Source of the DNA: Azolla caroliniana
Taxonomy: Eukaryota; Plantae; Polypodiophyta
Assembly: GCA_043228905.1 (NCBI GenBank)
Contig: JBHGNT010000010.1
Coordinates: 4,712,001 to 4,776,000 of the forward strand
DNA: 64,000 nt
Direction: 5' to 3'
In this document: positions 38,801 to 52,100 of the stretch, in pieces
How the letters are laid out: each line of letters starts with the position of its first letter
Numbering within the stretch: the first letter of the stretch is position 1
The notes under the pieces: generated by a model
Seen by the model: the letters and a program-made list of their open reading frames with translations, nothing else
Told to the model about the DNA's origin: nothing
Databases searched by the model: none
Made by a program: the position numbers and the translations under genes

Positions 38801-41800
38801 CAAACTTGAAGATGGACAAGAGTACGAGGTTGCCGCCATCCTGGATTCCAAGATTGTTCGCAACAAGCTCTACTATTTGGTCGATTGGCTAGGATATAGT
38901 CCAAGGAGTGTACTTGGGGACCAACGACGAATGTGGCGAATGCTCGAGCTCTTCTTGAGGACTTCCATTGTCAATCTCTAGACAAGCCAGGTACCCAATC
39001 AAAGACGACTCATAACACTCGTCGTTTAAAGGGGGGGATAATGTCATGATATGGCTTCAAAAGGGCTTGAACCCATGAACTTGTACAAGCCAGGTACCCA
39101 ATCAAAGACGACTCATAACACTCGTTGTTTAAAGGGGGGGATAGTGTCATGATATGGCTTCAAAAGGGCTTGAACCCATGAACTTGTGTTACATGGGTAA
39201 AAGCCATACCATTAAGCCATACATTGTAATACGAAAAATATTATTTCCATTTATTATTTCATTATAGAAAATAATGTATATTCTAGATTACTTTGGAATA
39301 TTCTAGAAAATTTAGTGTAAATAGAGGCACATGACATTATTCAGAACCAATTCGGTTCAACGCCAGTCTTAAGCCCCTAATTGTTCTTGTATCTTCTCTT
39401 CATATAATATACCACTTGTTATCATCATTCTCTTTCTCTCTCTCCTTCTCTCGTGAGTGTCATGAACATCGAGTCAAATTCAAGCCTTAGGTTCTTGTAT
39501 ATATATATTTCTCCTAGAAAAACTTTAGACTTTAAACCTTTGTATAAAGAGTGGTATGTAAGACTGAGTATGTAAGACTTAGTATGTAAGACTTGGCATG
39601 CAAGAATCAATATGCTTAATATTATAGTATGTATGACTTGGCATGAGCATGCTTATCATGCATCACTATATGTATAAAAAGGGTTGATCTCCCTTGTTAA
39701 TATCAAGGAGATCAACACCAGTCATGGAATAGATATTCGTACTCATTGTCATCAACTTATTTATGTCCCTATCTCATCAACTTACCCATCTCTTTGTCTT
39801 CCAATTGTTCATCCGTGACAAATTGATCTCCTTCCTTATTTTTGTCTTCTTTCTCAATACACTATCATGTCAAAATCATCTAGTAACCTTGAGCAAATTT
39901 TGGCGGTGCTGCATAAACTCCAATATGAGAATGCGAGCTTACGAAACTCTGTTCAAGAACTTCAGGCAGCAACGATGGTTATACCTCACCCTATTATTGA
40001 CCCTTCTGCTGTAGAACCTAATGTCTGCTTGCCAAAAAAATTTGATGGAACAAGGTCACGATTAAGAGGCTTCATCAACCAAATCTGCCTTATTATTGGT
40101 TTTCAGCCCCGATATTCTGATGACTTTCGACAAGTTGGGCTGATCGACACGTTGCTGATAGGACAAACGCAAGCCTGGTTTGCCCCTCTAGTAGAGACTT
40201 CTTCGCCTCTTTTGAATGACTTCCAAGCTTTTATTATCAAATTTGAGGCAACTTTCGGGGAGATTGACAAACGACGAGCCGCGCTCAACAAACTATATGC
40301 GTTACAACAAGGAGAACGTGCGGCATCAATATATGCATCTGAATTTCGTCAGCTTGCGTGCGGTGTGGAATGGGATGAACAAGCCCTCCTCGATCAATTC
40401 CATCGAGGATTACGAGGTGAGATAAAAAATCTTTTGCTTAACTTTCCTGAGCCCACATCTTGGAATGAGGCTATTTCCCAAGCTGTGCGTTGCGATAATC
40501 GTCACTTTGAGTTTCGACAAGAGGTATGTCCTCTTCGGACCCATCCACCTTGGCCAACCGCTTCATCTTCATCGTCACCTCTCGCCATAGATTCTAGCTC
40601 CCCAATGGAGATCAATCGAATTCGCTATCGACCACTGATTAACGTGCAACGACAACATCGACGAGCTAACAATTTATGTCTCTATTGTGGCGGCCCTGGC
40701 CATTTGATCCGTTCTTGCCCAAAAAGGGGACCCCATCGAACACCACATCGTGTGGATGGGGTTAACATTTTCTGCCAACAGGAAAACTCCAATGTCCAGT
40801 TGCAGTAGGGGCTGTGCATCTGGACCACAAGAGTCGACAATTGTGTCAAGGGTCCAATCAACCGACTTCTTCAACAACAAGCTTCACACTTCTGGTCACT
40901 CTTCAGTTTGGCACCAACACTCTAAAGACAAAAGCTTTGTTGGATTCTGGGGCTACATCGTGCTTTATTGATATCATGTTTGCACGGACACACAACATTC
41001 CAAGCAACAAAATAATTGTCCCGACTCCAGTTGAAGTGATCGATGGTCGAACGCTCTCTTCTGGTGCAATCATAGATACAACAATTCCCTTGAGTCTCCA
41101 CATAGGAGCACACTAGGAAGAAATCATTTTTAACCTCATCACATTAACTCACATCCTATCATCTTGGGGTTATCATGGCTTGAGACTCACAATCCAATCG
41201 TGGATTGGCGATCTCGCTCCATCAATTTCACCTCGAATTCTCGCCCACAAGGGATTACTTCCACTCTTCTTTGAGCTAATGCTCCGCCATTTGTTTGGCC
41301 GCCTACTTCGGTGAGGACCGTGTCAACGGTTGCTCCCACTCATGTTTCGGGGACAACTACAATTTCTACTCTAGTGAGGACCACATCAATGGTTGCTCTG
41401 ACTCTAGTCTCCCCTCCGGTGAGGACCGTGTCAACAGTTGCTCCCACTCATGTTTCGGGAATAACTCCTATTTCTGCTCCAGTGAGGACCACATCAATGG
41501 TTGCTCCGATTCCCGTCTCCACTCCAGTGAGGACCACATTAGTGGTCACTCCCATTTACTCTTCAACAAGAACCATGTCAACGATTGCTCCAATAGAAAC
41601 AACATCGATAGTTCCAACCGCGTCGGCCTCGGAAATAGATTCCACTCTTGTTCGGGTAAGTGATACAGTGTTAATTGCATCCATTTCTAATTCTAAGGAC
41701 ATGGCAGTCATGTCCACTCCAGACACTACCCTATGTAGTAGCTCTTTTCCATCAAAATACAATGATTTCTCTGATGTATTTGAGAAGAAAAATGTTGATT

Positions 41801-44800
41801 ACCTGCCTAAACATCGCCCATACGATTGTCCAATTGACTTGAAAGATGGTGCTTGTCCTCCTTTCGACCCTATCTATGGGTTATCTGAACCCCCTCTGAA
41901 CCTGAACTCAAGGCCCTCAAAATATACATTGAAGAGAATCTTGCAAAGGGATTCATTAGCCACTCAAAATCTCCAGCTGGCTCTCCTATTCTATTTGTCA
42001 AAAAGAAAGATGGAACTCTACGCTTATGTATTGACTATTGCGGGCTCAATCGAGTCACTGTTAGAAATCGCTATCCACTACCTCTAATCCTCAAGCTCCT
42101 TGACCGACTTCGGGTTGTGCGTGTATTCTCCAAAATTGATCTCAAAGGTGCCTACAACTTGGTACGTATCAAGCCTGGAGATGAGTGGAAAATGACATTT
42201 TGAACCAGGTACGTGCATTTTGAATACATGGTAATGCCATTTGGTCTCACAAATGCTCTTGTTGTTTTTCAACATATGATGAATGACATCTTTCGAGAAT
42301 ATCTGGACCAATTTGTGGTCATCTATCTCGATGACATACTTATCTTCTCATAGGACTACATAGAGCACACCAAGCACGTCTGACTTATCTTGTCCAAACT
42401 TCGGGAACATGGACTTTATGCGAAACCCGAGAAGTGTGAATTTGATCGAACCTCGGTTGAATTCCTTGGGTAAGTCATTTCATCTGATGGTCTCACTATG
42501 GACAAGAAGAAAGTCGCAACAGTTCAAGAGTGGGAAGTCCCCACCAAGGTCAAGGATGTGCAATCATTTTTGGGTTTTGCCAACTTCTATCGTTGATTCA
42601 TCCAAGGATTCTCTACACTAGTGCAACCACTTATAGCACTCACTCGGAAGGATTCCCCTTTTTGCTGGACCCCAACAACCCAACTGGCATTCGAGACACT
42701 CAAGAAAGTTTTTACCTCGGCTCCGGTACTTTTTCATCCAGATCTGACCAAACCATTTATAGTCGAAACTGATGCCTCTGACTTCGCCGTTGGTGCCATT
42801 CTCTCTCAATTAGATAAAAACAGGTTCCTTCATCCTGTTGCCTTTTATTCCAGGAAGTTCACACCCCCCGAGATCAACTACCCAATTTACGACAAAGAAC
42901 TCTCTGCCATTATTGCCACCTTTGAAGAATGGCGTCCTTACTTGGCGGGTGCCCAACACCGTATCCAGGTGGTGACCGATCACAAGAACCTTGTCTACTT
43001 CACCACTACTCGCATTTTCAATCAAAGGCAAGTGCAATGGTTGACCTTCCTGGCCGATTATGACTTTGAAATTGTTTTTCGTCCTCATGCCCAACATGGT
43101 AAAGCCGATGCACTATCTCGACGTTCGGAATTCGAATTCGGCCAGGGGATGCAACCTACAATCAACAATCACATTGTCTCCTACAACCACATCAATTTCA
43201 ACTCTGTGCAACTTATATGGCCGTGGATGAATCATCACTCAATGCCACAGCCACAAATACTGCCATCGACAAATTTGCACAAGAGATTAGGGAGAATCTC
43301 AACAACTCATCCAAAGGTGAGGTATGGAATATTGATAACAAATTTATGTTTCGGGATGGTTTTCTTTTTCGGTACAACTTAATGTATGTCCCATATGGTC
43401 CTTGTCGTATCTGTATCATGAAGGAATGCCATGATGATGCCCTAGCTGGACATTTTGGCGTTGCAAAAACTTTGGAGTTAATATCTAAAAGTTATTGGTG
43501 GCCACAACCTTGGAAACTTGTTAAAGAAATCGTGAAAACATGTGATACATGTGCCCGCGCCAGAGCAGTACATCATGATCCCTATGGTCTACTTCAACCT
43601 TTGCCAAATCCAAATAGGCCATGGGCCTCCATCTTGACGAACTTTATCACTGACCTTCTAGACATTGATGGATTCAATTTAGTATTGGTGGTGGTTGACA
43701 GATTCACAAAGATGGCACACTTTATTCCATGTTCTAAGGCAATTTCAGGGATGGAAACAATAGATCTATTATTAACAAATATTGTGCGCCTTCACGGTTT
43801 ACCGGACGACATTATCTCTGATCGCGGTGTCGCGTTGTTACGCACGTACGTGTAGAAAGGGGCGGGACCACGGGGGTCTTGGACTGAGGAGCGAGAGAGA
43901 GAGAGACAGAGATAGAGATTCACAGACACGTAGAAGCGAGAAGCGAGAAGGAGAGATATAGAACGTAACACTTAATTACAATGACAAGAGATTACAAACT
44001 CCGACGGTTACAACCGACAAGGCGGCGACGGACCCGACATGGGGACCCTACTCACGCACACCGACGACAGTCACACGACTCCTAGAAACAAAAGGGGGAA
44101 AAGGAGAGACTCTGCTGGAAGCACACGGGTTGTCCCCGAAGCAGAGGTAGCGAACTCCCGACACCCGCAGAGAACGACGGCCGGCCAAGAAGAGAGAGGC
44201 TTCCCACCTAGATCTGCAGCAGCACCCCTCCTCCCTCGCGCGCGATACCCCTTTTTCTCTTGTCCTATTCCCTTTATTCCCTGTCCCTCTGGCAGCGATA
44301 CGCACAATCCCCCCCCCCCCCCCCTAATAAATGCATGTGGCTTAGTATTTATCTCCACCGATTCGTGTACAAAATACCAAGTCACGCGTCCATCCGTGTA
44401 AGGGCCGGTTTATGCGCTTTCTCTCCGTTTCCACCTATGGCCGGTTTTCTTCACGACATCCACCCCCACCAAACCGCGCATCCACCGGTATGCGCCAGAG
44501 ACGGGTAGATATCGAAGAAACTCGGCCTCACTCGTTGCTCTCTGATTCTCCGCCGGACCCGAACTGATCGTCGTTTTCGCTCCCGCTCGCAGGCTCCGGC
44601 TCGTCTTCGAACCGCTTTTTGAACGCTTTGATCCGCTTTTCGGCCACTGGCACCGCTAACCATGTCCCGTCGAGTTCCGCAAGGTGGTACGTGCTGTTGT
44701 CGTTCGCGCTCATCACCGTGTAGGGCCCGAACCATCTCCTAGCAAACTTTCGCACCGCCTTGTGCTGATTGTCGAGGCTGCTGTCGTATACCAAGACCCA

Positions 44801-47746
44801 GTCGCCTTCCTTGATCGTCTTTGGTCGCAATTGGTGCGTCCGGTTGAACTGGATCTTGTTCAGCTCCCTTGCCGCTCACAGCCTTTCCTTCGCCTATATC
44901 ACGTCCTCCGGCCTCTGCTCGAGTTTCCGAATCCGCACCGCCAACAACTCCTCCCGGCTCATTTCGTCCTTCCAAATTACCGCCGCCCACGAAGAAACCG
45001 TCCGCTCCACCGGCATGATCGGCTTTTGTCCGTACATCAGCTCCACCGGCATAAACCCTGTCACCGAACTGTGCGTAGTTCGGTCCGCCCATAGTGCGTA
45101 AGGAAGGAGTCGCGGCCAATTCCCGACCTACCCACCACGTGCACGCACCAACGCCTTTACAATCGGTCCGTGCCCACGTTCCACCTTTCCGTTCGCCTCC
45201 GGATTGTACGCCGTGGTGAGGGAGAGTTTGACGCCTAGCCAGTCGAACAGCTCCCGCGCATCCAGCTCTCCCCGGTCCGCCACGATCCTCCCGACGCACC
45301 CGTACCGACACACTACTTCTTTGATCAAGAACTGGCATACCGCTGCGGTTGTCTTGCTTTGCAGTGCACGGCCTTCCACCTGGTTTGTTAAGTCTTCCCG
45401 TGCAAGCACCAAGTATCGCATCTGTCCTACCCCCATCGGCATCGTCACCAAGTCCACCATCCACTTGAAATGGACCGTAGGCGGGTAGGTCGGGTGAAGC
45501 TCATCCCGGTGTCGGACTACGGAGTGCATCTGACAGCTTTCGCAAGTCGTTACGAACCGATGCACGTCCTGGTACAGCCCCGACCACCAGTACTTCTCCT
45601 TCAGCTTCTCGAAAGTGGCCCACGTTCCGCGGTGTCCGGCCCAGGGGCTCTCATGAAATGTCGCTAGTAGTTTCCCCTGTTCTTCTTTCTTTGCCACTAC
45701 TCGGAGTGGAATGCCGCTTCTCTTCTTTGGGTGCCTCCATATGCACCCGTCTCGCAGGAAGAATCGGTACGCCTTCCTCCGTATCCGGCTCGCCTCCTCT
45801 CTTGCCCATGCTGCGTTCGGCGTCATCGTCCGTAGGAACCACCCGATTTGGAGCCACTCCCCGTCGTACCTGCTTTCATCAAATTCGTTAAGCGTCGGAG
45901 TGTTCCCTTTCCTCGTCGTTACGTTAGCCGACCCGAAGAAGTCCTCGTCGACTTCTTCGTCATCTGAAACCATGCCGTCTTCGTCGTTGAACCTTGCCCT
46001 CGAAAGCATGTTGGCCATGGCGTTGTCCTTTCCGGAGATGTGCCGTATCTACGGGTTCAGGGACTTAATGTACGCTATCCACCGGAGCATTGCTAGGTCT
46101 GGCGTCGCGCATCCGGAAACCATGCCGAGTATCGTCATGCAGTCCGTCTCGATGATCACCTCCGTCCCGATCAGATTATCGTTGTTGGCCTTGACTGCCG
46201 AAACGACACCCCAAAGTTCGCGCTTAACTTGGGCGTACCCTCGCTGTCGCTCGCTCAATACCTTCGCCCCGAACCGGATCGGGAATCATACGCCGCCCTT
46301 GTCCTCCTGACTGATTACCCACCCGATCCCGGTCGGGCTGGTGTCCACCGTTACGCAGATGGGAACATCCTTGCCGTAAACCGCTTTATGGAGAGCCGGC
46401 GATGCCGTAAGCGCCTCCTTTAGTCTCCGAACCGACTCCGTGTGCTCCGTCCTCCACTCAAAGCTACGCCCCTTTTTCAATAGTCCGTAGAGGGGTTCCG
46501 CGACATGTGCGTAGTGCGGGATCCAGATGTGGTAGAACACGCATGCCCCCAAGAATCTACGGACCTCCGTCACCGACCCGCAATCGTTCCTCATCGCGGA
46601 GATGGCCTCTACCTTTGACAGAGATGGTTTCCTACCGTAAGGCCCGCACAGGTGTCCGACCACCAAGATCTCCGACTGTCCGAAGGCCGACTTTTCCCCG
46701 GAGAAGGTGAGCCTCGCGCGTTCTAGTCTCTGCAGCACCTTCTCGCAGTCATCGATGTGGGATGCCACGAAGTTCCGACATCCGTCCGGCCCGATTTCCT
46801 CGTCCCTTTTCTCCACTGGGCATCCCCTGATCGGGATGTCGTCCAAGAATGGCATGGTGATGTCCGGGATACAATCCCTGAGCACTTTGTTCATCGCGTT
46901 CACCATGTGAGCCACTAAGTTTGTCCCTCCTTGTGGCAGGGTACACATCCGCATTAGGCCGAGAGGAGTCCGCATCGTCGTAATGTCTCTGCTCTCCACG
47001 GCTAGTTGGAACTGATTGTACCCCGAGTACAGATCACCGACAGAATAGATCGACCTTCCAGCGAAGGCCTCCACGAACTTGTCTATGGTCAGTCCGATCC
47101 CTGCATTACGGATGGTCACCTTGTTGACCGGTTGTAGGTCCTGAATGAAGCGCAGCGTGCCGTTCTTCTTCGGCACCGTAAACCACCGATTCAAATACGG
47201 GGCACTCGATGGTTCGAGGATGCCCATCTCCACCTTTTGCTTCAAGAGCTCCATCAACTTCGGGATGTGAGCTCTCGGTACTAGAATCGGCTTGAGATTC
47301 CACGGTACATGCGGTGCCGTGAAGATCACCATCGGTTCGACAACTGTCGGGTCTACGCACCCAATCTCCTCCGGTGAGAATGCGAAAGCCTTCCCGTGCC
47401 TCTCGAGCATCCTCCGCCGGCAGTAGAAAGTCGCCCCCACCGACCTTGAGCTCCCGTAGCTGTCATAACTAGACTCGAACCCATAACCTTTTGTTACACG
47501 GGTCGAGACTTTACCATTAGGTTATGAATTGTAATTTGAAGGATATTATTTTTATTTAGGTTTTATTGGGAAATTGATGTATATTCCAGATTTCTCTGGA
47601 ACATTCTAGAAACTTCAGGAGTATTCCTGAAGACACTATAAAAGGAGGCGCAAGGCATTAGTTCGAACCAAATCGGTTCAACGCCAGTCTTAAGCCTTCT
47701 AACTACTGTTGTATATCTTCCTTCATATAATACATATATCTTTCGC

Positions 47747-47788
<42 letters not shown>

Positions 47789-48000
47789 ACTCATTCCTTC
47801 TCTCAAAGTTCGACACCTCTCATAGTACTAATCCTTCTCTGTCTTAGTACTATTCCCCAACAATAGTACTAATCCTTCTTTTAGTACTAATTCCTTCTCT
47901 GCCTTAATAGAGTTCCTGACAGTTTGAACCGATTTTGGGTGTCTGGTCTTTTCTCTCCCTCCTTTCCTACTAGTCTCTTATTTCCCTTTTCCTTCATCCC

Positions 48001-49170
48001 ATGGCCACCGTTAGCGCTGAAGAGTATCAATCCGTTTTCTCGGAATTTCAATGCTTGAAAGAGAAGTTTCATGCTTTGGAACAAGAAAATCAACGCTTGT
48101 TGGGGGATCTTCAGCAAATTTCCTTAGAAAAGCAGCAAACGCAACAACAGCATGGGGAACTTGCGTTACGCGTGCAACAACTCGAAGCAACCATCGTAGC
48201 AATGCAACAACAAGGGCACGGAGCACAAGGGATTCATAAAGAACCCAAGATTGGCCTTCCCACGAAGTTCGATGGAACGCGATCGCAGTTTAGAGGGTTT
48301 CTTAACCAGGTACGGTTAGTTATTCAAATGCATCCGTCCCGATATCCCACCGATGCATCACGAGTGGGTTTAGTAGGCACGTTGTTAAATGGCTCAGCAT
48401 TAGCATGGTTCGCTCCGCTACTAGAAAAGGAATCTCCAGTACTAAATAATTTTGAAGAATTCATAAGTGAGTTTAAAGCATGTTTTGGAGATACTGACAG
48501 CATAAGGACTGCAATCAACAAAATCCGGCGATTACGCCAAGGTGACCGTCCAGCCTCCGCATATGCTGCAGATTTCCGCCTACTCGCCGCCGATATCCCC
48601 TGGGATGATCAAGCATTGATGGAGCAGTTCCGCTATGGTCTACGCAACGATGTCAAGGATTTACTCTTGACTTTCCCTGAAGAGCCAAAATCATTAACAG
48701 AAGCAATCAGTCGAGCGGTCAGATGTGACAACCGCCTCTTCGAGCGACGTTCGGAACGACAATTTCAGATGCCGAGGGCAAGATCCGAGCCTACCTATGC
48801 CTCAGTGGTAGCAAAACCTTTTCAAAGGGAGTCACATAATGCGCCTCCAGTAAGTACTCCAACTCCAATGGAAATTGACACTACACGTCGTCGTGGGCCG
48901 CTATCGGAGGAGGAAAAGCAACGACGCCGAACAAACCGATTATGCCTTTATTGCGGTGGACCAGGGCATATCGCGATAAACTGTCCCCATAGACCAAGAA
49001 GGCAGGTAAACCAAGTCGTTGTTAGTTCTGACTATACTAAACCCGAGTCTATTTCAGTAGGAATCTCTGATAGTCCTCATAGTCATAATAGTCCTAATAG
49101 TACTAATAGTCCGAATCTCGCAAACAAATTTGATGTCCTTAGCCAATTAGAAGAAGAGTTAAACGACTAA
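48001..49170 (+). CDS. gag: Gag of element D (coiled coil, capsid, CCHC zinc knuckle)
   Basis: 389-aa ORF with EPKIGLPTKFDG, LRQGDRPASAYAADF and CLYCGGPGHIAINC. Confidence 0.95.
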   Translation: MATVSAEEYQSVFSEFQCLKEKFHALEQENQRLLGDLQQISLEKQQTQQQHGELALRVQQLEATIVAMQQQGHGAQGIHKEPKIGLPTKFDGTRSQFRGFLNQVRLVIQMHPSRYPTDASRVGLVGTLLNGSALAWFAPLLEKESPVLNNFEEFISEFKACFGDTDSIRTAINKIRRLRQGDRPASAYAADFRLLAADIPWDDQALMEQFRYGLRNDVKDLLLTFPEEPKSLTEAISRAVRCDNRLFERRSERQFQMPRARSEPTYASVVAKPFQRESHNAPPVSTPTPMEIDTTRRRGPLSEEEKQRRRTNRLCLYCGGPGHIAINCPHRPRRQVNQVVVSSDYTKPESISVGISDSPHSHNSPNSTNSPNLANKFDVLSQLEEELND

Positions 49171-52100
49171 GTCCAGCCAAAATAGGAGCCGTTTGGTTGG
49201 ACAGCCCTAGATCTGTGCAGCCCATTAGTGGTTCCATTCCCTCTAAGCAAGTTAGTGATGTGTTCGTAGCCCAAGTAGCAGTTAGTACTAAAAGTACCCC
49301 TCCAGTACATACCTTAGCCCTTCTAGATTCCGGAGCTAATTCTTGCTTCATGGATAGGAATTTTGCCCGAGCTCATCAGATATCTCTCAGAAAGCTCCCA
49401 TGTCCAGCCTCAGTAGTAGTCATTGATGGTCGTCCCATTGCTTCTGGTAATATCATAGAAGAGTCGGAACCCGTTAATATTGTCCTAGATAACTTAACAT
49501 GTGTAGTATCATTTAATATTATTAGTATTCCAGAACACCCCATAGTTTTAGGATTACCATGGTTCGAGTTACATAACCCAGACATAGATTGGAGGACAAG
49601 GGAAATCCGGTTGCAACAAACCCAAGGACCTACCCAGAAGGTTGCAACCATTTCGCTACGTCAGTTGCGTAAGGAAGGGCGCAAGGAGGAAATGTTTCTC
49701 TTCGCAATATCAGTACAACCCTCCAGCACCACCAAAGAGGAGTCCACCGTTCAACTTCCCGAGAAGTATCGTCAGTATGCTGATGTGTTCGATAAAGTAC
49801 AAGCCAACACACTTCCTCATCATCAGCCGTACGATTGCGCCATCGACTTACAACCGGGAAAAGAGCCGCCATGGGGGCCGATCTACAATTTGTCACCCAC
49901 CGAGCTAGAAGTCCTTCGAGCCTATATAGAGGAGAATTTGGAGAACGGTTTCATTCGGCATTCGAAATCTCCAGCCGGCGCACCCATTTTCTTCGTCAAG
50001 AAAAAAGATGGCTCGCTTCGACTCGTTGTAGATTACCGTGGCTTGAATAAGGTCACAGTAAGAAATAGGTATGCTCTTCCCCTTATCTCAAGTCTTTTAG
50101 AACGGATCAACGGTGCCAGGTTCTTCACGAAGATCGACTTACGAGGAGCCTATAACCTCGTACGGATCCGACCAGGAGATGAATGGAAGACCGCGTTTCG
50201 CACCAGATATGGGCACTTCGAGTATACGGTCATGCCGTTCGGACTCACTAATGCGCCGGCAGTCTTCCAGCACATGGCGAATGATATATTTCGAGATCTC
50301 TTGGATGATTTTTTGATCATCTATTTGGATGATCTACTGGTTTATTCAAAGACCCAAGAAGAACATGATTCTCATGTACTATTAGTACTAAAACGACTTC
50401 GAGAACATGGTCTGTATGCAAAGTTAGAGAAATGTAGTTTCGGGTGCAACCAAGTGGAATTTCTCGGCTATGTCATCTCCTCAGAAGGCATATCTATGGA
50501 CCCAGCCAAGGTCAAAACGGTGATAGAATGGCACACTCCGCATTCGGTGCGGGATGTGCAATGCTTCCTAGGCTTTGCAAATTTTTACCGGAAGTTCATA
50601 CAAAATTACTCAAAAATTGTGCTGCCTCTCACACAGCTCACCAGGAAGGGACAATCATTCATTTGGTCTAAAGAGACGGACATGGCTTTCGAGAGTCTTA
50701 AGAAGGCGTTTACATCAGCTCCAATTTTAGGTCATGTGGATCCGGAAAAACCATTCATTATCGAAGCTGACGCATCGGATTTCGCATTGGGGAGCATTCT
50801 GTCACAACAGGGTAACGACGAGAAGCTACATCCTGTGGCTTTCCACTCCCGTAAGTTTGACGCTGCCGAAATCAACTACGAAATTCATGATAAAGAGCTA
50901 TTAGCAATAGTTGATTCTTTTATGCAATGGAGGCATTTCCTGGAGGGATCTCCTCATCAGGTCACTGTATTCAGTGACCACAAGAACCTTGCCTACTTTC
51001 AAGATGCTCGTGTACTGAATCGACGTCAAGCTCGGTGGGCCCACTTCCTCACACGCTTCGACTTCAAAATTACATATCGTCCGGGGAAGCACCAAGGGAA
51101 GGCAGATGCATTATCACGGCGTTCGTATCTAACACCACGTCCCGGTGAGCCAGCTTTCGATAACCAGAAGCAAGTAATCTTGGGTCCAGCACGACTGCAA
51201 GCAGCACAGGTCTTTGACATACCCGTGGATTCCGACATTACCAATACTATACGTGAGGACTTGAAGACTGACGCTTTCGCCCAAGCTATACTAGCACAAA
51301 TTGACCCCTCTCGAGCGTCATGTTCACAATCACAATCACCAGGTACGGATTATCGGCAATTCAAATACTGTGATGGATTACTCTTCTTTAAAGAACTTTT
51401 GTATGTTCCTAATGGTTCTTGCCGCCTTCGAGTAGTACAAAATTGCCATGACACATATACAGCAGGACATTTTGGTAGTACTAAAACATTAGATTTAGTA
51501 CAACGATCATTCTGGTGGCCCCGTATGCGACAATTTGTCGAAGATTTTGTTCGGACTTGCGATACATGCTGCAGAGCGAAAATGCCAAGACATCATCCAT
51601 ATGGTTTATTAGAACCATTACCAATTCCAAGCAAGCCATGGCAATCCATTGCTCTTGACTTCATTACAGATCTTCCAGTCTCTAAGGGATTCAGTGCGAT
51701 TCTCACAGTGGTGGATCGATATACGAAGATGGCTCATTTCTTACCATGTACTAAAGAAATATCTAGTGAAGACACCGCCGAAATTGTCATGCGGGAAGTA
51801 TGTCGGCATCATGGACTCCCTGATAATATCATCAGCGATCGTGGACCCCAGTTTGTGTCAAAATTCTGGAAGCACCTTTTTAAAATGCTGAAGGTCACTT
51901 GTAACCTCTCCTCCGGCTACCACCCACAAACCGACGGTCAAGCCGAACGAACAAATCAAACACTGGAGCAGTATCTGCGGTGCTTTCTCAACTATCATCA
52001 GAATGACTGGGCAGATATTCTTCAGTTCGCCGAATTTGCCTATAATAACGCTATCCACGCATCGACTAAAGTCACGCCATTCTACGCTTATACGGGATAT

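Noticed and set aside
44039-44735. Overlapping GC-rich ORFs in the LTR of C as extra genes
   Set aside because: They are duplicated in the other LTR, expected from high GC content, and show no domain signature.
47472-47530. Functional tRNA gene in the LTR
   Set aside because: A and B boxes are present but acceptor and T stems do not pair properly; reported only as a tRNA-like module.
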